Below the pieces are notes generated by a model, which worked only from the letters and a program-made list of their open reading frames with translations, did no database searches and was not told the DNA's origin. A stretch of 64,000 bases of DNA, taken from contig OX597840.1 in NCBI GenBank assembly GCA_951406725.2, positions 27,528,001 through 27,592,000 of the forward strand. Reading direction: 5' to 3'. A program made the translations under genes and the position numbers. This document shows, piece after piece, positions 1 to 13,764 of the stretch. Each line of letters opens with the position of its first letter. Positions within the stretch are counted from its first letter, which is position 1. The stretch is from Octopus vulgaris. Lineage: Eukaryota.

Positions 1-270
1 ACGGGGACGTAAACACACCAGCATCGGTTGTCAAGCAATGCTTGGGGGGACAAACACAGACACACAGACATACACAGACACAAAGATATATATATATACA
101 TATATACGACAGGCTTCTTTCAGTTTCCGTCTACCAAATTTACTCACAAGGCATTGGCCGGCCCGGGGCTATAGCAGAAGACACTTGCCCAAGGTGCCAC
201 GCAGTGGGACTGAACCCGGAACTATGTGGTTGGTAAGCAAGCTACTTACCACACAGCCACGCCTGCGCCT
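1..270 (-). mobile_element. tRNA-derived SINE family A (CORE-like), cut by the window edge
   Basis: Reverse complement reads GGCGCAGGCGTGGCTGTGTGGTAAG (A box), GGTTCAGTCCC (B box), CCTTGGGCAAGT (CORE-like). Matches the copies at 35676 and 42665. Confidence 0.85.
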
Positions 271-529
271 AATTTAACAAATTAACTAATTTAACAAATT
301 AAATTAATCTAAATTAATTAAATGCTCTAAATACTGTAAACTAATTAAGCAATCCTCCTATCTAAATTCGCAACCACCAAAGTCTTTTAAGAATTTTTCC
401 GAAAACAATCTTACAGATTTCCAGTGTGTGGTGGAGGTCGGAAGATGGAGGTGGACACACGGAATACAGGTTGGAGTACATTGAGCAGGAGACTCCGAGT
501 ACATCTGTGAGAGTACTTCAAGTATTACT

Positions 530-999
530 CACTTTTCTCTCATTCTCTCTCTCTCTTCTCTCTCTCTCTATCTATCTAGCTATCGATCTGTTTGTCTGTC
601 TCTATCACTGCGTCTCTCTCTATTTCTCTTTCTCTCTCTTTCTCTCACTGTCTTTTCCTCTTTCACTATTTCTTCCTCTCTTTCTCCCTCTTTCTCTCTT
701 GATCTTTCTCCCCCCCTCTCTCCCCCTCTCTCTCCCTCTTTCTTCTTCTCTCTTTCACGTTCTCTCTCTCTCTCTCTCACACATTCCATTCTTGTCTTTC
801 TCTCATTCTCTGCCTCTATGCCTCTCTCTATCTCTTTCATTCTCTCCTTGTTTGTTTCTCATTCCATCCTTGTCTTTTTCTTATTCTCTCTCTCTCTTTC
901 ACTCCCATTCCCTCCTTCTCTATCTCTCATTCTCCCGCTCTTGTTCTCATTATCTCCTTGTCTTTTTCTCTCTCTCATTCCAATCTAGTTTTCTCTTAT

Positions 1000-1082
<83 letters not shown>

Positions 1083-1360
1083 CTCTCTCTTTCTCTCACT
1101 TTCTTTCCTTCCTGTTTCCTCCTTCTCTCTCTCATTCTCCCGTTTTTGTTCTCATTATCTCTCTCTCTCTCATTCCAATCTCGTTTTTCTCTTATTCTTT
1201 CTTTCCTTCTCCCCCTCTCTCTCTCTCACTTTCTTTCCTTCCTGTTTCCTCCTTCTCTCTAAATCTCATTCTCCCGCTTTTGTTCTCATTATCTCCTTGT
1301 CTTTTTCTCTCTCTCATTCTAATCTCGTTTTTCTCTTATTCTTCCTTCCTTTCTCTCTTG

Positions 1361-1406
<46 letters not shown>

Positions 1407-1440
1407 ATCTCACTTTCTTTCCTTCCCGCTTCCCCCTCCT
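530..1440. repeat. polypyrimidine (CT)n/(CTTT)n tract with internal ~150-bp duplications
   Basis: Almost purine-free + strand; CTCATTCTCCCG...CTCATTATCTC blocks recur at ~927, 1131 and 1266. Confidence 0.9.
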
Positions 1441-2017
1441 CCATCTCCCATTCTCCCCCCCCCCCCACCTCACCCATCTCCAATAAAAGCTCGCCTTTCC
1501 AAAAACTGTCGGTCAGGTTTTAATGTCAAACAGATATCCATCCATCCATCCATCCATTCATCCTCTCTTTGAAAAATTACACGCAAAAGAAACCTTTAAC
1601 GTTTCGCTAAATGTTGCACTTAAAAGAATGGCCGTAAAACGTTGGACAAAAGCGAAATACCAAGCAAATGGAAAGCTTATTCAAGTAGAATAAATACAAC
1701 AGCTTCTCCCATTGAAAATGTCGACGCTTTTTCAATACGGCGAAGCAAATGCATAGCGCTATGGCCGCCGTTGCACTTTCTTCTACCAAGCGAATATCTG
1801 ACGCGTTTTCTTCGCTAAGTGTCCAAGAAACGCAAGCAAGAATCCGACTTTCAATAGGTTCGAGTCCTTATGTATTATTTTAAGAACTCGGCAAAAGTGG
1901 AGGAACGGAATTGTTTTTCTCGGTGAAAGAAAAGAAGTTTTAACGGTTAGATGAAAAGTTGAGATTTTCTTTCGCTGGAACTCCTAAAGAAACTTATTAG
2001 TATTTAAAACAAAAGAA

Positions 2018-2064
<47 letters not shown>

Positions 2065-2081
2065 TAATAATAATAATAATA

Positions 2082-2172
<91 letters not shown>

Positions 2173-2414
2173 TTGTTGTTGTTGTTGTTTAAGGTAGCGA
2201 ACTGGCAAAATCGGCAAGATTCCGGACAAAATGCTCAGCTTTGTTTCGTCCGTCTTTACATTCTGAGTTCAAATTCCACAGATGCCGACTTTGCCCTTCA
2301 CTCTTCTGGGGTCGACAAATTAAGACTGAAGTCGAAGTAATCGACTAGTCCCCATCCCCCTAAATTTCAGGCCTTGTGCCTTTAGTAGAAAGCATTATTA
2401 TTATTATTATTATT

Positions 2415-2970
2415 GAGTGAGAGAGCAGTTCATGCCATCAAAGTGACACTGGGGTAAAATATACGAAGCCCAATATACCCATCATGACTACCCGTCTGAT
2501 AAAGGTACACCAGACACATGCATCACAACCATATGTGCGCGACATGGTGATCTCATATCAAGATAAACAGCACATAACCTTGCAGGTGGGGCCCAGTTAG
2601 AATTTTCTTCAGGTTGAGTAGCCCATCCCGCTCAAAAGGTCCCTGAATAAGGGTTGTTTAAGGATGTTGAAAGAACCACCCATCTTTCCAGAGGTGAATT
2701 ATTCAAACCCCAAAGAATCCCTCTCAACACATGGCTATGATGCTCCCCCACTACTTCTGCTCGTGATCAGAGATGCACATATCGTCAGCCACTAAGGGAC
2801 ATGCTCAACTGGTTAAGGTCAAACAACTGACAAGCAAATCTGTGGTATTGAGCAGAATATTTGCTGTAGCCCATCTTTTATACCAAGACAAAACAATGTA
2901 CATGATAACACTTCCAATCAGTTAAGATCAGAAGCCATGAGAGCCACTGCCTGGTACTGCATCAGGGCAT
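2415..2970 (-). mobile_element. second full-length copy of the 556-bp (TAA)n-resident element
   Basis: Reverse complement of 43185-43740 with the same termini; TTA runs on both sides. Confidence 0.88.
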
Positions 2971-2989
2971 TTTATTATTATTATTATTA

Positions 2990-3060
<71 letters not shown>

Positions 3061-3740
3061 TCTTTTTTTCACTGGTTTGTTGGAGCTCGTAGAGTCTTGC
3101 ATGCGTAACGGGCTGACCACTTGCAGCCTACGGTACCATGCTATCCGTTCTTTTCAGCTATCTAATACGTTCCTGATTATTCTGGCTGTGCCAAGGAGGC
3201 AAACTTTTCGTAACAGTTCTACTGGGTACTCTATTCCAATTTCCTTTATATTCCTCTTGATGCCTTCTGATATTGTCCCCAAGGATCCAACAGTAATTGG
3301 CACTCTCTTCACCTTCTTCATTTTCCATAGCCGGGCTATTTCGTACTTAAAAAGGTTGTATCTATATATTTTTCGCCTTCCTTCTTGGCTTATTCGTGGG
3401 TCAAAGGGGCATGCAACATCAACTCTATAGCATATGTGGTGCATTTTGTCGACCACCACTATGTCCGGTCTGTTGTGCTCTAGCACCTGATCTGTTTGGA
3501 CTGAAAAATCCCAGAGGATTTTGCTTGTCTCCGACTCCGCCACTCTCTGCGGTTTGTATTCATACCACATCTTGCCTCTCTCTATCCCTCACTTTTCGCG
3601 CAGTTTCCATTGTTACACTTTTGCTACCTGATCGTGTCGCCACAATTTGCTGTTGTTTTGGGTAAGTCTATGGCATTCGTTTGCGATATGGGCTATGGTT
3701 TTTTCATCCACTCTATTGCAGATGCGACACAGCAGAGACA
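3061..3740 (-). mobile_element. R4/Dong-like non-LTR retrotransposon 3' fragment (restriction-like endonuclease domain)
   Basis: ORF 3154-3570 has WYE..P..V.E....KILWDFSVQTD......RPDIVVVDK...VDVACP.D...LW...VPITVGSLG...LLGTARIIR, the RLE C-terminus typical of the R4 clade. The 3' end abuts (TAA)n. Confidence 0.85.
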
Positions 3741-3754
3741 CTTGCTCATTCCTA

Positions 3755-3790
3755 TCACCATCATCATCGTCATCGTCGTCGACGTCATCG

Positions 3791-3847
<57 letters not shown>

Positions 3848-4110
3848 CCATCCTCACCATCACCGATGTCCCCTCCACCATCACCATGATCGTTATCATC
3901 ACTGTCGTCATCACATCATCAACACCGCCATTACCACTGTAATTACCATCATCATCATCATCATCAGCTCTACCATCGTGACCATCAAATTACCACCCAC
4001 CACCAACATCGTCGTCGTCGTCGTCATCGTCATCGTCGTCATTACCATCATCATCGTCATCATCATCGTCATCATCATCATTGTCATCATCATCATCGTC
4101 ATTATCATCG

Positions 4111-4144
<34 letters not shown>

Positions 4145-4196
4145 GATCGTCATCATCATCGTCGTCATTATCATCATCGTCATCATCATCATCGTC

Positions 4197-4238
<42 letters not shown>

Positions 4239-4267
4239 GTCATCATCATTATCATCTTCATCATCAC

Positions 4268-4299
<32 letters not shown>

Positions 4300-4570
4300 C
4301 CATCTTCCTCATCATCACCATCATCATCATCATCATCGTCATCATCATCGTCATCACCATCATCGTCATCATCATCATCGTCATCATCATCATCGTCATC
4401 ATCGTCATCATCATCATCGTCACCATCATCACCATCATTATCCTCATCATCCACTTCCCCTTTTTCATTAAAACCTTTACCTTACTTAAAAAACACCACC
4501 ACCACTACCACCCCAACCATCCGAATCGCCACCACCACCACCACCACCACCACCACCACCACCACCACCT
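3755..4570. repeat. (CAT)n/(CAC)n trinucleotide microsatellite
   Basis: Direct reading. Similar (GAT)n tracts at 47940-48400 and 52920-53750. Confidence 0.95.
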
Positions 4571-4713
4571 GTCAATGAGTATAAAACGACCACCACCACG
4601 CATCCAAATAACATTGTACCGAATGATTGACAGAACGAAAAACAACAAAATTTGCAATAACAAAAAAAAAGAACAATAAAGGAAAAAATATTAAAAAAAT
4701 ACAAATTACTAAA

Positions 4714-4766
<53 letters not shown>

Positions 4767-5011
4767 AAAGAAGGGAAGCGAGTGTATATGCGAGTTAATC
4801 CAGTGGGATTATATATCTCGACTGCAATTGGTTGGTTCGTTGACATAGGTGGCAGTGGTGATGGTAAACATACGCCAGGTATCCTGTTTGATTTCAACAC
4901 ATACACACACATACAAACACACATATATGCACACACACACACACACACACAAATATACATACACACATGCACATACGTACACACACACACACACACGCAT
5001 ACATACACAAT

Positions 5012-5067
<56 letters not shown>

Positions 5068-5103
5068 TTTATATACAAATATATACAGAAACATTCCCCT
5101 ATC

Positions 5104-5185
<82 letters not shown>

Positions 5186-5186
5186 G

Positions 5187-5245
<59 letters not shown>

Positions 5246-5373
5246 CATATATATTTATATATATGTATTATATATATATTTATATATATGTATTATATAT
5301 ATATATATATATATATATAAATCAGTGTGTATATATACATGTGTATGTGCATATACATATATGTCTTTATGTG

Positions 5374-5411
<38 letters not shown>

Positions 5412-5516
5412 AACATACATGCATATAAAAATATGCATGCATATATATATATATACATATATATATATACACACACAAATAAAGACATATATACACATAC
5501 ACATATATATACACAC

Positions 5517-5555
<39 letters not shown>

Positions 5556-5874
5556 TAAACACACATAAGCATGTAGACATACACATGAATGAATGTGTAG
5601 GTGTGTTTACATCAAGACACCTTATCTATATCTCACAGTCTACACACTATATTCGAAATCGGTGTACATGTATACACACGCACACGTATTCACACATATA
5701 CACACGCATATTTTTGTATACTGGCACTTAAATACACACACTCCAACACATATACACATACTTAAACTTAATTATACATCTATGCAAACATGTTGTTGTA
5801 ATTATATAATCGAGTATTGGGTATATATATATATGTACACGTGTGTGTATGCGTGGGTGCATGTGTGTGTGTTT

Positions 5875-6120
<246 letters not shown>

Positions 6121-6157
6121 GGCTAGCTAGCTGCTTGTCTGTCTGCCTGTCTGTCTC

Positions 6158-6213
<56 letters not shown>

Positions 6214-6317
6214 CACACACATACACTCACACACATATATATAAAGAGAAAGAGATGAGGAGAGAGAGTGATCCTTTTGGGAGAGTATTAGTGGATCTCG
6301 AATCTCAAATGAAGCTA

Positions 6318-6358
<41 letters not shown>

Positions 6359-6488
6359 AAGAAAGAAAGAAAGAAAGGAATGAGTGAGAAAGAGAGAAGC
6401 AGTAAAAGAGAGTGATTGTCAAATGAATTGAAAGAAATAGAGAGAGAGGTTACAATTTATTAATTGGATATGATTGGCGTAAACAATT

Positions 6489-7598
6489 TATTTCTTTATT
6501 GCCCACAGGTGGCTAAACATAAGGGGGACAAACAAGGACAGACAAAGGGATTAAGTCGATTACATCGACCCCAGTGCGTAACTGGTAATTATTTCATTGA
6601 CCCCGAAAGGATGAAAGGCCAAGTCGACCTCGACGGAATTTGAACTCAAAACATAACGGCGGACGAAATACCTATTTCTTTTCTAACAACAATGGGCTAA
6701 ACACAGAGAGGACAAACAAGGACAGACAAACGGATTAAGTCGATTATATCGACCCCAGTGCGTAACTGGTACTTATTTAAACAACCCCGAAAGGATGAAA
6801 GGCAAAGTCAATCTCGGTGGATTTTGAACTCAGAACGTAAAGACAGATGAAATACCTATTTCTTTTTACACACACTGACCCCACCAGGGGCTAAACATAG
6901 AGGGGACAAACAAGGACAGACAAAGGGATTAAGTCGATTACATCGACCCCAGTGCGTAACTGGTAATTATTTAATCGACCCCGAAAGGATGAAAGTCAAA
7001 GTCGACCTCGACGGAATTTGAACTCAAAACGTAACGGCGGACGAAATACCTATTTCTTTACTACCCATAAGGGGCTAAACACAGAGAGGACAAACAAGGA
7101 CAGACAAACGGATTAAGTCGATTATATCGACCCCAGTGCGTAACTGGTACTTATTTAAACAACCCCGAAAGGATGAAAGGCAAAGTCAATCTCGGTGGAT
7201 TTTGAACTCAGAACGTAAAGACAGATGAAATACCTATTTCTTTACTACCCACCAGGGGCTAAACATAGAGGGGACAAACAAGGACAGACAAAGGGATTAA
7301 GTCGATTACATCGACCCCAGTGCGTAACTGGTAATTATTTAATCGACCCCGAAAGGATGAGAGTCAAAGTCGACCTCGACGGAATTTGAACTCAAAACGT
7401 AACGGCGGACGAAATACCTATTTCTTTACTACCCATAAGGGGCTAAACACAGAGAGGACAAACAAGGACAGACAAACGGATTAAGTCGATTATATCGACC
7501 CCAGTGCGTAACTGGTACTTAATTTACCGACCCCGAAAGGATGAAAGGCCAAGTCGACCTCGACGGAATTTGAACTCAGAACGTAATGGCTCGCCGCC
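6489..7598 (-). repeat. head-to-tail array of six ~184-bp SINE-B units
   Basis: Junction GAAATACC|TATTTCTT at 6672, 6856, 7050, 7234 and 7418; units alternate between two sequence variants. Confidence 0.92.
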
Positions 7599-8409
7599 CT
7601 TGATTGATATAAATAATTCCCCTCTCCTCATAGGCATGAAGAGAAATCTGTTCACACACATAAACAGAGTATGGGAGGGAAAGTGGGGAGAACGAGAGAA
7701 ATATATTAAAACGTCTGATGTCATATAAGGCAGCGTCGCATCATCGATGCCAAGTATCCGGCGCCAGAGCGGCTGAGCGCCAAAACGAATGTGGCAAAAC
7801 GTCTCCGGCACCGATACCTTTCAGAAGGAAAGTCTAACTAAGAAGAGTTCAGAACATAACAGGAACCATAGCCCCCAGTATATGACCGGTACTTTATTTA
7901 CCGACCTCGAAAAGATGACGGAAAACCCACCTTCGTAGGATTTGAACTTCAAACGTAGAGAGTCGAAACAATTACCTAATAATCCAGCCTATACGATATC
8001 GTAATATCAATTCCAAATGGCCGCTTACTTGGCTAATTAATATGAAATCATTCTCAGATACTCTCCTATCTGTGGCCCGCGGACGTGCTGTATCCTCTCA
8101 ATGTTTCTTCTGTCGCTACTACATGAGTTGCATAACCAAATATCAACTCCATTAAGGCTTGTTCGACTCATTCCTTTCTGGTTTCTTGTTTCTCTCACCA
8201 CCCATATTGCGTCCTTCTTTCCAAAATCCGCATTGAAAACATCGTCCAGTCCTTCTTGCCCAGGACTTCATCCATCTGCAATTCCTTCACTGTTCCTTTT
8301 TTTAATTTTTATTTTTATCCCTTCGGCTGTTAGCTTTCAGATTTTGAAAAAAGGCATTAAACCTTAAATTTCACCGTTTCCTGAGATTAACGAAGGCCAT
8401 GAGTACAAA

Positions 8410-9247
8410 ATCAGAAATATTAAATTTCTAAATATCTCATAGAGATATGTACGGTGGTGGGGCGATATAATGGTTGTATACTGTCAATCTAACGTGAACG
8501 TGACAGTAGGGGATTACACCACCGTTGTTTAGCCCTAGGAAGCATCGACGCTTCCTGTCGGCTTCGACACACTTACTGTGCCCTTATATATTTACGAAGT
8601 GGAGACAAATATCCCCAACAGCTAAATATGCGTGTCTCTAGATGCAGGCCTAGCTGTTGGGGGCATTTGTCTCCACTTCGTAAATATATATTTCTTCACT
8701 ACCCACAAGGGGCTAAACACAGAGGGAACAAACAAGGACAGACAAACGGATTAAGTCGATTATATCGACCCCAGTGCGTAACTGGTACTTAATTTATCGA
8801 CCCCGAAAGGATGAAAAGCAAAGTCTATCTCGGCGGAATTTGAACTCAGATCGTAACGACAGACGAAATACCTATTTCTTTATTACCCACAAGGGGCTAA
8901 ACACAGAGGGAACAAACAAGGACAGACAAACGGATTAAGTCGATTATATCGACCCCAGTGCGTAACTGGTACTTAATTTATCGACCCCGAAAGGATGAAA
9001 GGCAAAGTCTACCTCGGCGGAATTTGAACTCAGAACGTAACGACAGACGAAATACGGCTTAGCATTTCGCCCGGCGTGCTAACGTTTCTGCCAGCTCGCC
9101 GCCTTTCGTAATATATATAACCCCTTCGTAAATATATAAGGACACAGTAAGTGTGTCGAAGCCGTCAGGAAGCGTCGATGCTTCCTAGGGCTAAACATCG
9201 GTGGTGTAATCCTCTACTGTCACGTTAAGTTGACAGTATACAACCAT
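8410..9247. mobile_element. fold-back element, copy A, with a SINE-B dimer inserted in the right arm
   Basis: Same leader and arms as 30907-31260. CATGAGTACAAA direct repeats at 8398-8409 and 9248-9259. SINE-B units at 8691-9104. Confidence 0.88.
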
Positions 9248-9521
9248 CATGAGTACAAAGTAATATATTAAAAGCAACCGCCCAAAAATCCATTTAAAAA
9301 AGCAACCCCAGGAACCAATCTGTTGGGAATCGAAATCAGAACTATCTAGTTACTACGTGAATTTCTTAGCCACAAGACTACACCTTGCAGCCGTGTACGA
9401 GTCCGTGTTTGTGTGAATGACAAGTTAAATAAATCCAGCGACCAGCAACCGGCAGCTGTTGTGACGACGATTTGGTTTCACGAGCGTTAGACAGAATACA
9501 AACAAACTGGCAATCATTCTT

Positions 9522-10122
9522 ACATACATACAAGCATACATGCATACAAACATACATGCATACATACATACATACATATATACATACATGCATACATACA
9601 TACATACATACACACATGCATACATACACACACACATACATCCATACATACATACATACATACATACAAACATACATACATACACACATACATACATACA
9701 TACATATAAACATACATACATACATACATATACACATATAAACATACATACATACATACATACACACATACATACATACATACACACATACATACATACA
9801 TACACACACACATACATACACACATACATACATACATACATACATACACACATACATACATACATACATACATACATACATACACACATACATACATACA
9901 CACACACACACACATACACACACACACATACACACACACACATACATACATACATACATACATACATACATACATACATACATACATACATACATACATC
10001 GATACATACATACATACACACATACATACATACATACATACATACATTCATACATACACACATATATACATACATACATACATACACACATACATACATA
10101 CATACACTCATACAAACATACA
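9522..10122. repeat. (ATAC)n/(AC)n microsatellite
   Basis: Direct reading. Similar tracts at 36540-36990 and 60170-61085. Confidence 0.95.
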
Positions 10123-10534
10123 TATTGGCCGGCCGTGTTTTGTAGGATTCTGTCGTAGTCTCGTCTCCGTTTTAGTGGACACCGAGGAAAAGTTTGTCTG
10201 AAATTCTTAACAAGTCAGCCAATAGTTGAATTGGTCTTTGACACCTAGTTAACTGTTTTAAGCCAGTTCTGTTCAAATATTGTCTTTTACTGACTTTAAT
10301 AAGTGAAGTGTGTAACTAACTTTGTCTGCGCTGAACATCTGGGGAAGTATTTTTTCCGTCTGGTGAAGTTTTTCGTTCGGTCCAGATGACGACTGAAATG
10401 TAATATGCAATACTATCACAATTGTGATAATACTAATACTAATACTAATACTAATAATAATAATAACCAGAATGTGGAATCTTAAAACAGAAACAATTCC
10501 TATCATTGTAGGTGCATTAGGCATGATAAAAAAA

Positions 10535-10572
<38 letters not shown>

Positions 10573-10599
10573 GTAATAATAATAATAATAATAATAATA

Positions 10600-10705
<106 letters not shown>

Positions 10706-10767
10706 TGATGATGATGATGATGATAATAATAATAATAATAATAATAATGATGATGATGATGATGATG

Positions 10768-10818
<51 letters not shown>

Positions 10819-12178
10819 TGTGCATCTCTGATCACGAGCAGAAGTAGTGGGGGAGCATTGCCCTGATGTAGTACCAGGCAGTGGCTCTCATGGCTTCTGA
10901 TCTTAACTGATTGGAAGTGTTATCATGTACATTGTTTTGTCTTGGTATAAAAGAAGGGCTACAGCAAATATTCTGCTCAATACCACAGATTTGCTTGTCA
11001 GTTGTTTGACCTTAACCAGTTGAGCATGTCCCTTAGTGGCTGACGATATGTGCGTCTTTGATCACGAGCAGAAGTAGTGGGGGAGCATCATAGCCATGTG
11101 TTGAGAGGGATTATTTGAGGTTTGAATAACTCACCTCTGGAAACATGGGTGTTTCATTCAACATCCCTAAACAACCCTTATTCAGGGACCTTTTGAGTAA
11201 GATGGGTTACTCGACAAGAAGAAAATTCTAACTGGGCCCCACCTGCGAAGGTCATGCGCTGTTTATCTTGATATGAGATCACCATGTCGCGCACATATGG
11301 TTGTGATGCATGTGCCTAGTGTACCCTTATCACAAGGGTAGTCATGATGGGTATACTGGGCTCGGTATAAAAGATGGCCTACATCAAATATTCTGCTCAA
11401 TACCACAGATTTACCTGCCAGTTGTTTGATCTTAACCAGTAGAGCATGTCCCTTAGTGGCTGACAATATGTACATCTCTGATCACGAGCAGAAGTAGTGG
11501 GGGAGCATCATAGCCATGTGTTGAGAGGGATTCATTAGGGTTTAAATAATTCACCTTTGGAAACCTGGGTATTTTATTCAACATATTTAAACAAACCTTA
11601 TACAGGAACCTTTTGAGCGGGAAATATACAGAATAATAGAAGGAATATTCTACAAGGTATCTTGTTGGCAGTCGATAGAGAGACTCGTATGAGTGTCGAA
11701 CAAAATGCTTGCGGGGCTTAGGACTTTTTACGTCCTGGGTTCACATCCTGCAGCGGTCATCTTTGTCATCCGTTCTTCTGGTGTCGACAAAATAAAGTAC
11801 CAGTTAAATATTGAGTTCGATCTAATGTTCTTATAAATCATTCCAGATGCGAAACCTCTGCAGTTATGGAAGGTGATTTTGTAATCTCAAATTCGGGTTT
11901 CACGTGTGAAAGAAATATTGTCATGGGGCGTAACTCTTTATTTTTGTAATATCAATTAACTTTCTTAGATTACATAGTTACGTTTAGGTTTGACTAAACT
12001 GAAATTTCGTCAAATTTCAAAACGTTAAATATATTGTCTATATGTGTATATGTTTTCATTTAAACGTGATAAATCTACTTAATCTGGTAGTTCTTTTATT
12101 TTAGCGGACAGACAGAAGTCACTTCCTTAAGTGTCTGCATTTGTTGAAAATATCGGATCTAAATCTTAAGTAGTTCTT

Positions 12179-12574
12179 CTGATATGTAATCATTTACAAG
12201 ATGGAAATTAAACTCCAATATTGTACCGATGATGTAATATTTTCTATATGTATCTTGGTCACTAACGTAAATTAAGATGTTTGCTGAATTAACCGGATTC
12301 CACTTTGAGTGAGAACGAAATTTGATTCCCATCTGCATAAAGAGCCGAGATTACAGTTTGGTCTTTGAGAGTACAGTATGGTTATATGTCAACCACTTCA
12401 TATCTATCGTCTGCAGTTCAAGAATTTGGACCTGGAGATCTCCATATTCCAGCGACTTCATAGGGCCACCAATAGTCCCAGTGGTGTCGGGCGTCAACGA
12501 AGATTTTGACGTACAACAAGACGGTAATTACCCACAAGGTCTGGGGTCTCCCTGGCCCTAGTATTCACTTAATC
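12179..12574. repeat. ~395-bp high-complexity direct repeat, copy 1
   Basis: Co-linear with 13765-14155; identical blocks up to 58 and 49 bp. Confidence 0.92.
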
Positions 12575-12894
12575 GATCTTTATTCCAGCTTATTTCTTGA
12601 TGAATTCAATATCAAAGATTTACCAGACACTTTCTACTTTTCATTAACGATATTTTTAATTAATAAAGTAGAAACACTGCTACTTTTTATGTTTTATTTC
12701 TTTCAGTCATTGGACTGCGGCCACACTAGGGCACTACCTTGAAGGGTTCTAGTAGCCTCCACATGTATACATATATATTGGTTTATGAATTTGTGTTGCA
12801 AGACTACTGATGTGAAATCGTGTGTTGAAATAGATATTGTTGTATACAGGAATTATTATTATTATAATTTTTCTTGTTGTTGTTGTTGTTGTTG

Positions 12895-12925
<31 letters not shown>

Positions 12926-12999
12926 GGCCAAATAAACACACGCACTATATATTTGTTCTTCGCTTGTTTATTACTGTTCTTATTCTAATTTATGTCCAT

Positions 13000-13044
13000 T
13001 GTCCGGAAATCTTTCGTTACACATCTGTGACCTCTTCAGCGACA
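13000..13044 (-). ncRNA. minimal type I hammerhead-ribozyme-like motif (Penelope-type)
   Basis: Minus strand UGUCG-CUGAAGA-GGUCACAGAUGUGUAAC-GAAA-GAUUUC-CGGACA: intact CUGANGA and GAAA boxes, UUC cleavage triplet, bulged stem I, imperfect stem II, very short self-complementary stem III. Confidence 0.55.
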
Positions 13045-13764
13045 CTTACCGTCTTCGTGTGTTCTCTTGCTCCATTTACTCCATTCTCACACGAAAACCG
13101 TGAGAATATATATTCATGCATATGTGTGCGTACGTGTAAATGTACGACGGGCTTGTTTTAGTTTCCGTCTACCAATTCCATTCGCGAGGCTTTGGTTGGC
13201 CCGGAGCTATAATAGAAGACACTAGCCCGATATTCCGCGCACTGGGACTGAACCTGAAACCATGTAGTTGGGAAGCAAACTTCTTACCACACAACCATTC
13301 TTACTTGACCTTTAACGTTTTGACTTGAATCCTTGTCATGTACATAATCTTACCTTTTAGTCCTTGCATAGCTTTTAGTCATCTGTATTTATGTTGAATC
13401 GAACAGCTGTGCGGCGAGCTGGCAGAAACTTTAGCACGCCGGACGAAATGCATAGCGGTATTTCGTCTGTCTTTTCATTCTGAGTTCAAATTCCGCCGAA
13501 GTCGACTTAGCCTTTCATCCTTTCGGGATCGATAAATTAAGTACCAGTTGTGCACTGAGTCTATCTAATCGACTGGTCCCTTCACATAGGAATACTTTAC
13601 ATAATGTATTCTTTCAAAAACAAGTTTAGTATGTCGGTTCTGTAAGATTTCGTTATCATTTCCAGCAATAATTGCAACTGCGTTCAGGTTTCCATGTTTC
13701 TATGTTGATTAATAGTTCGTCATGATCATTTAGAGTGTTGTATGTCTTAGAAAACTCTAAAACG

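Noticed and set aside
417-469. Possible plus-strand mini-exon (TTACAG|ATTTCC...TACAG|GTTGGA)
   Set aside because: Weak donor, no recognisable peptide and no partner exons found.
6489-7598. Regular repeats superficially like a CRISPR array
   Set aside because: Whole units are repeated with no unique spacers, the sequence is SINE-derived, and there are no cas genes in this eukaryotic context.
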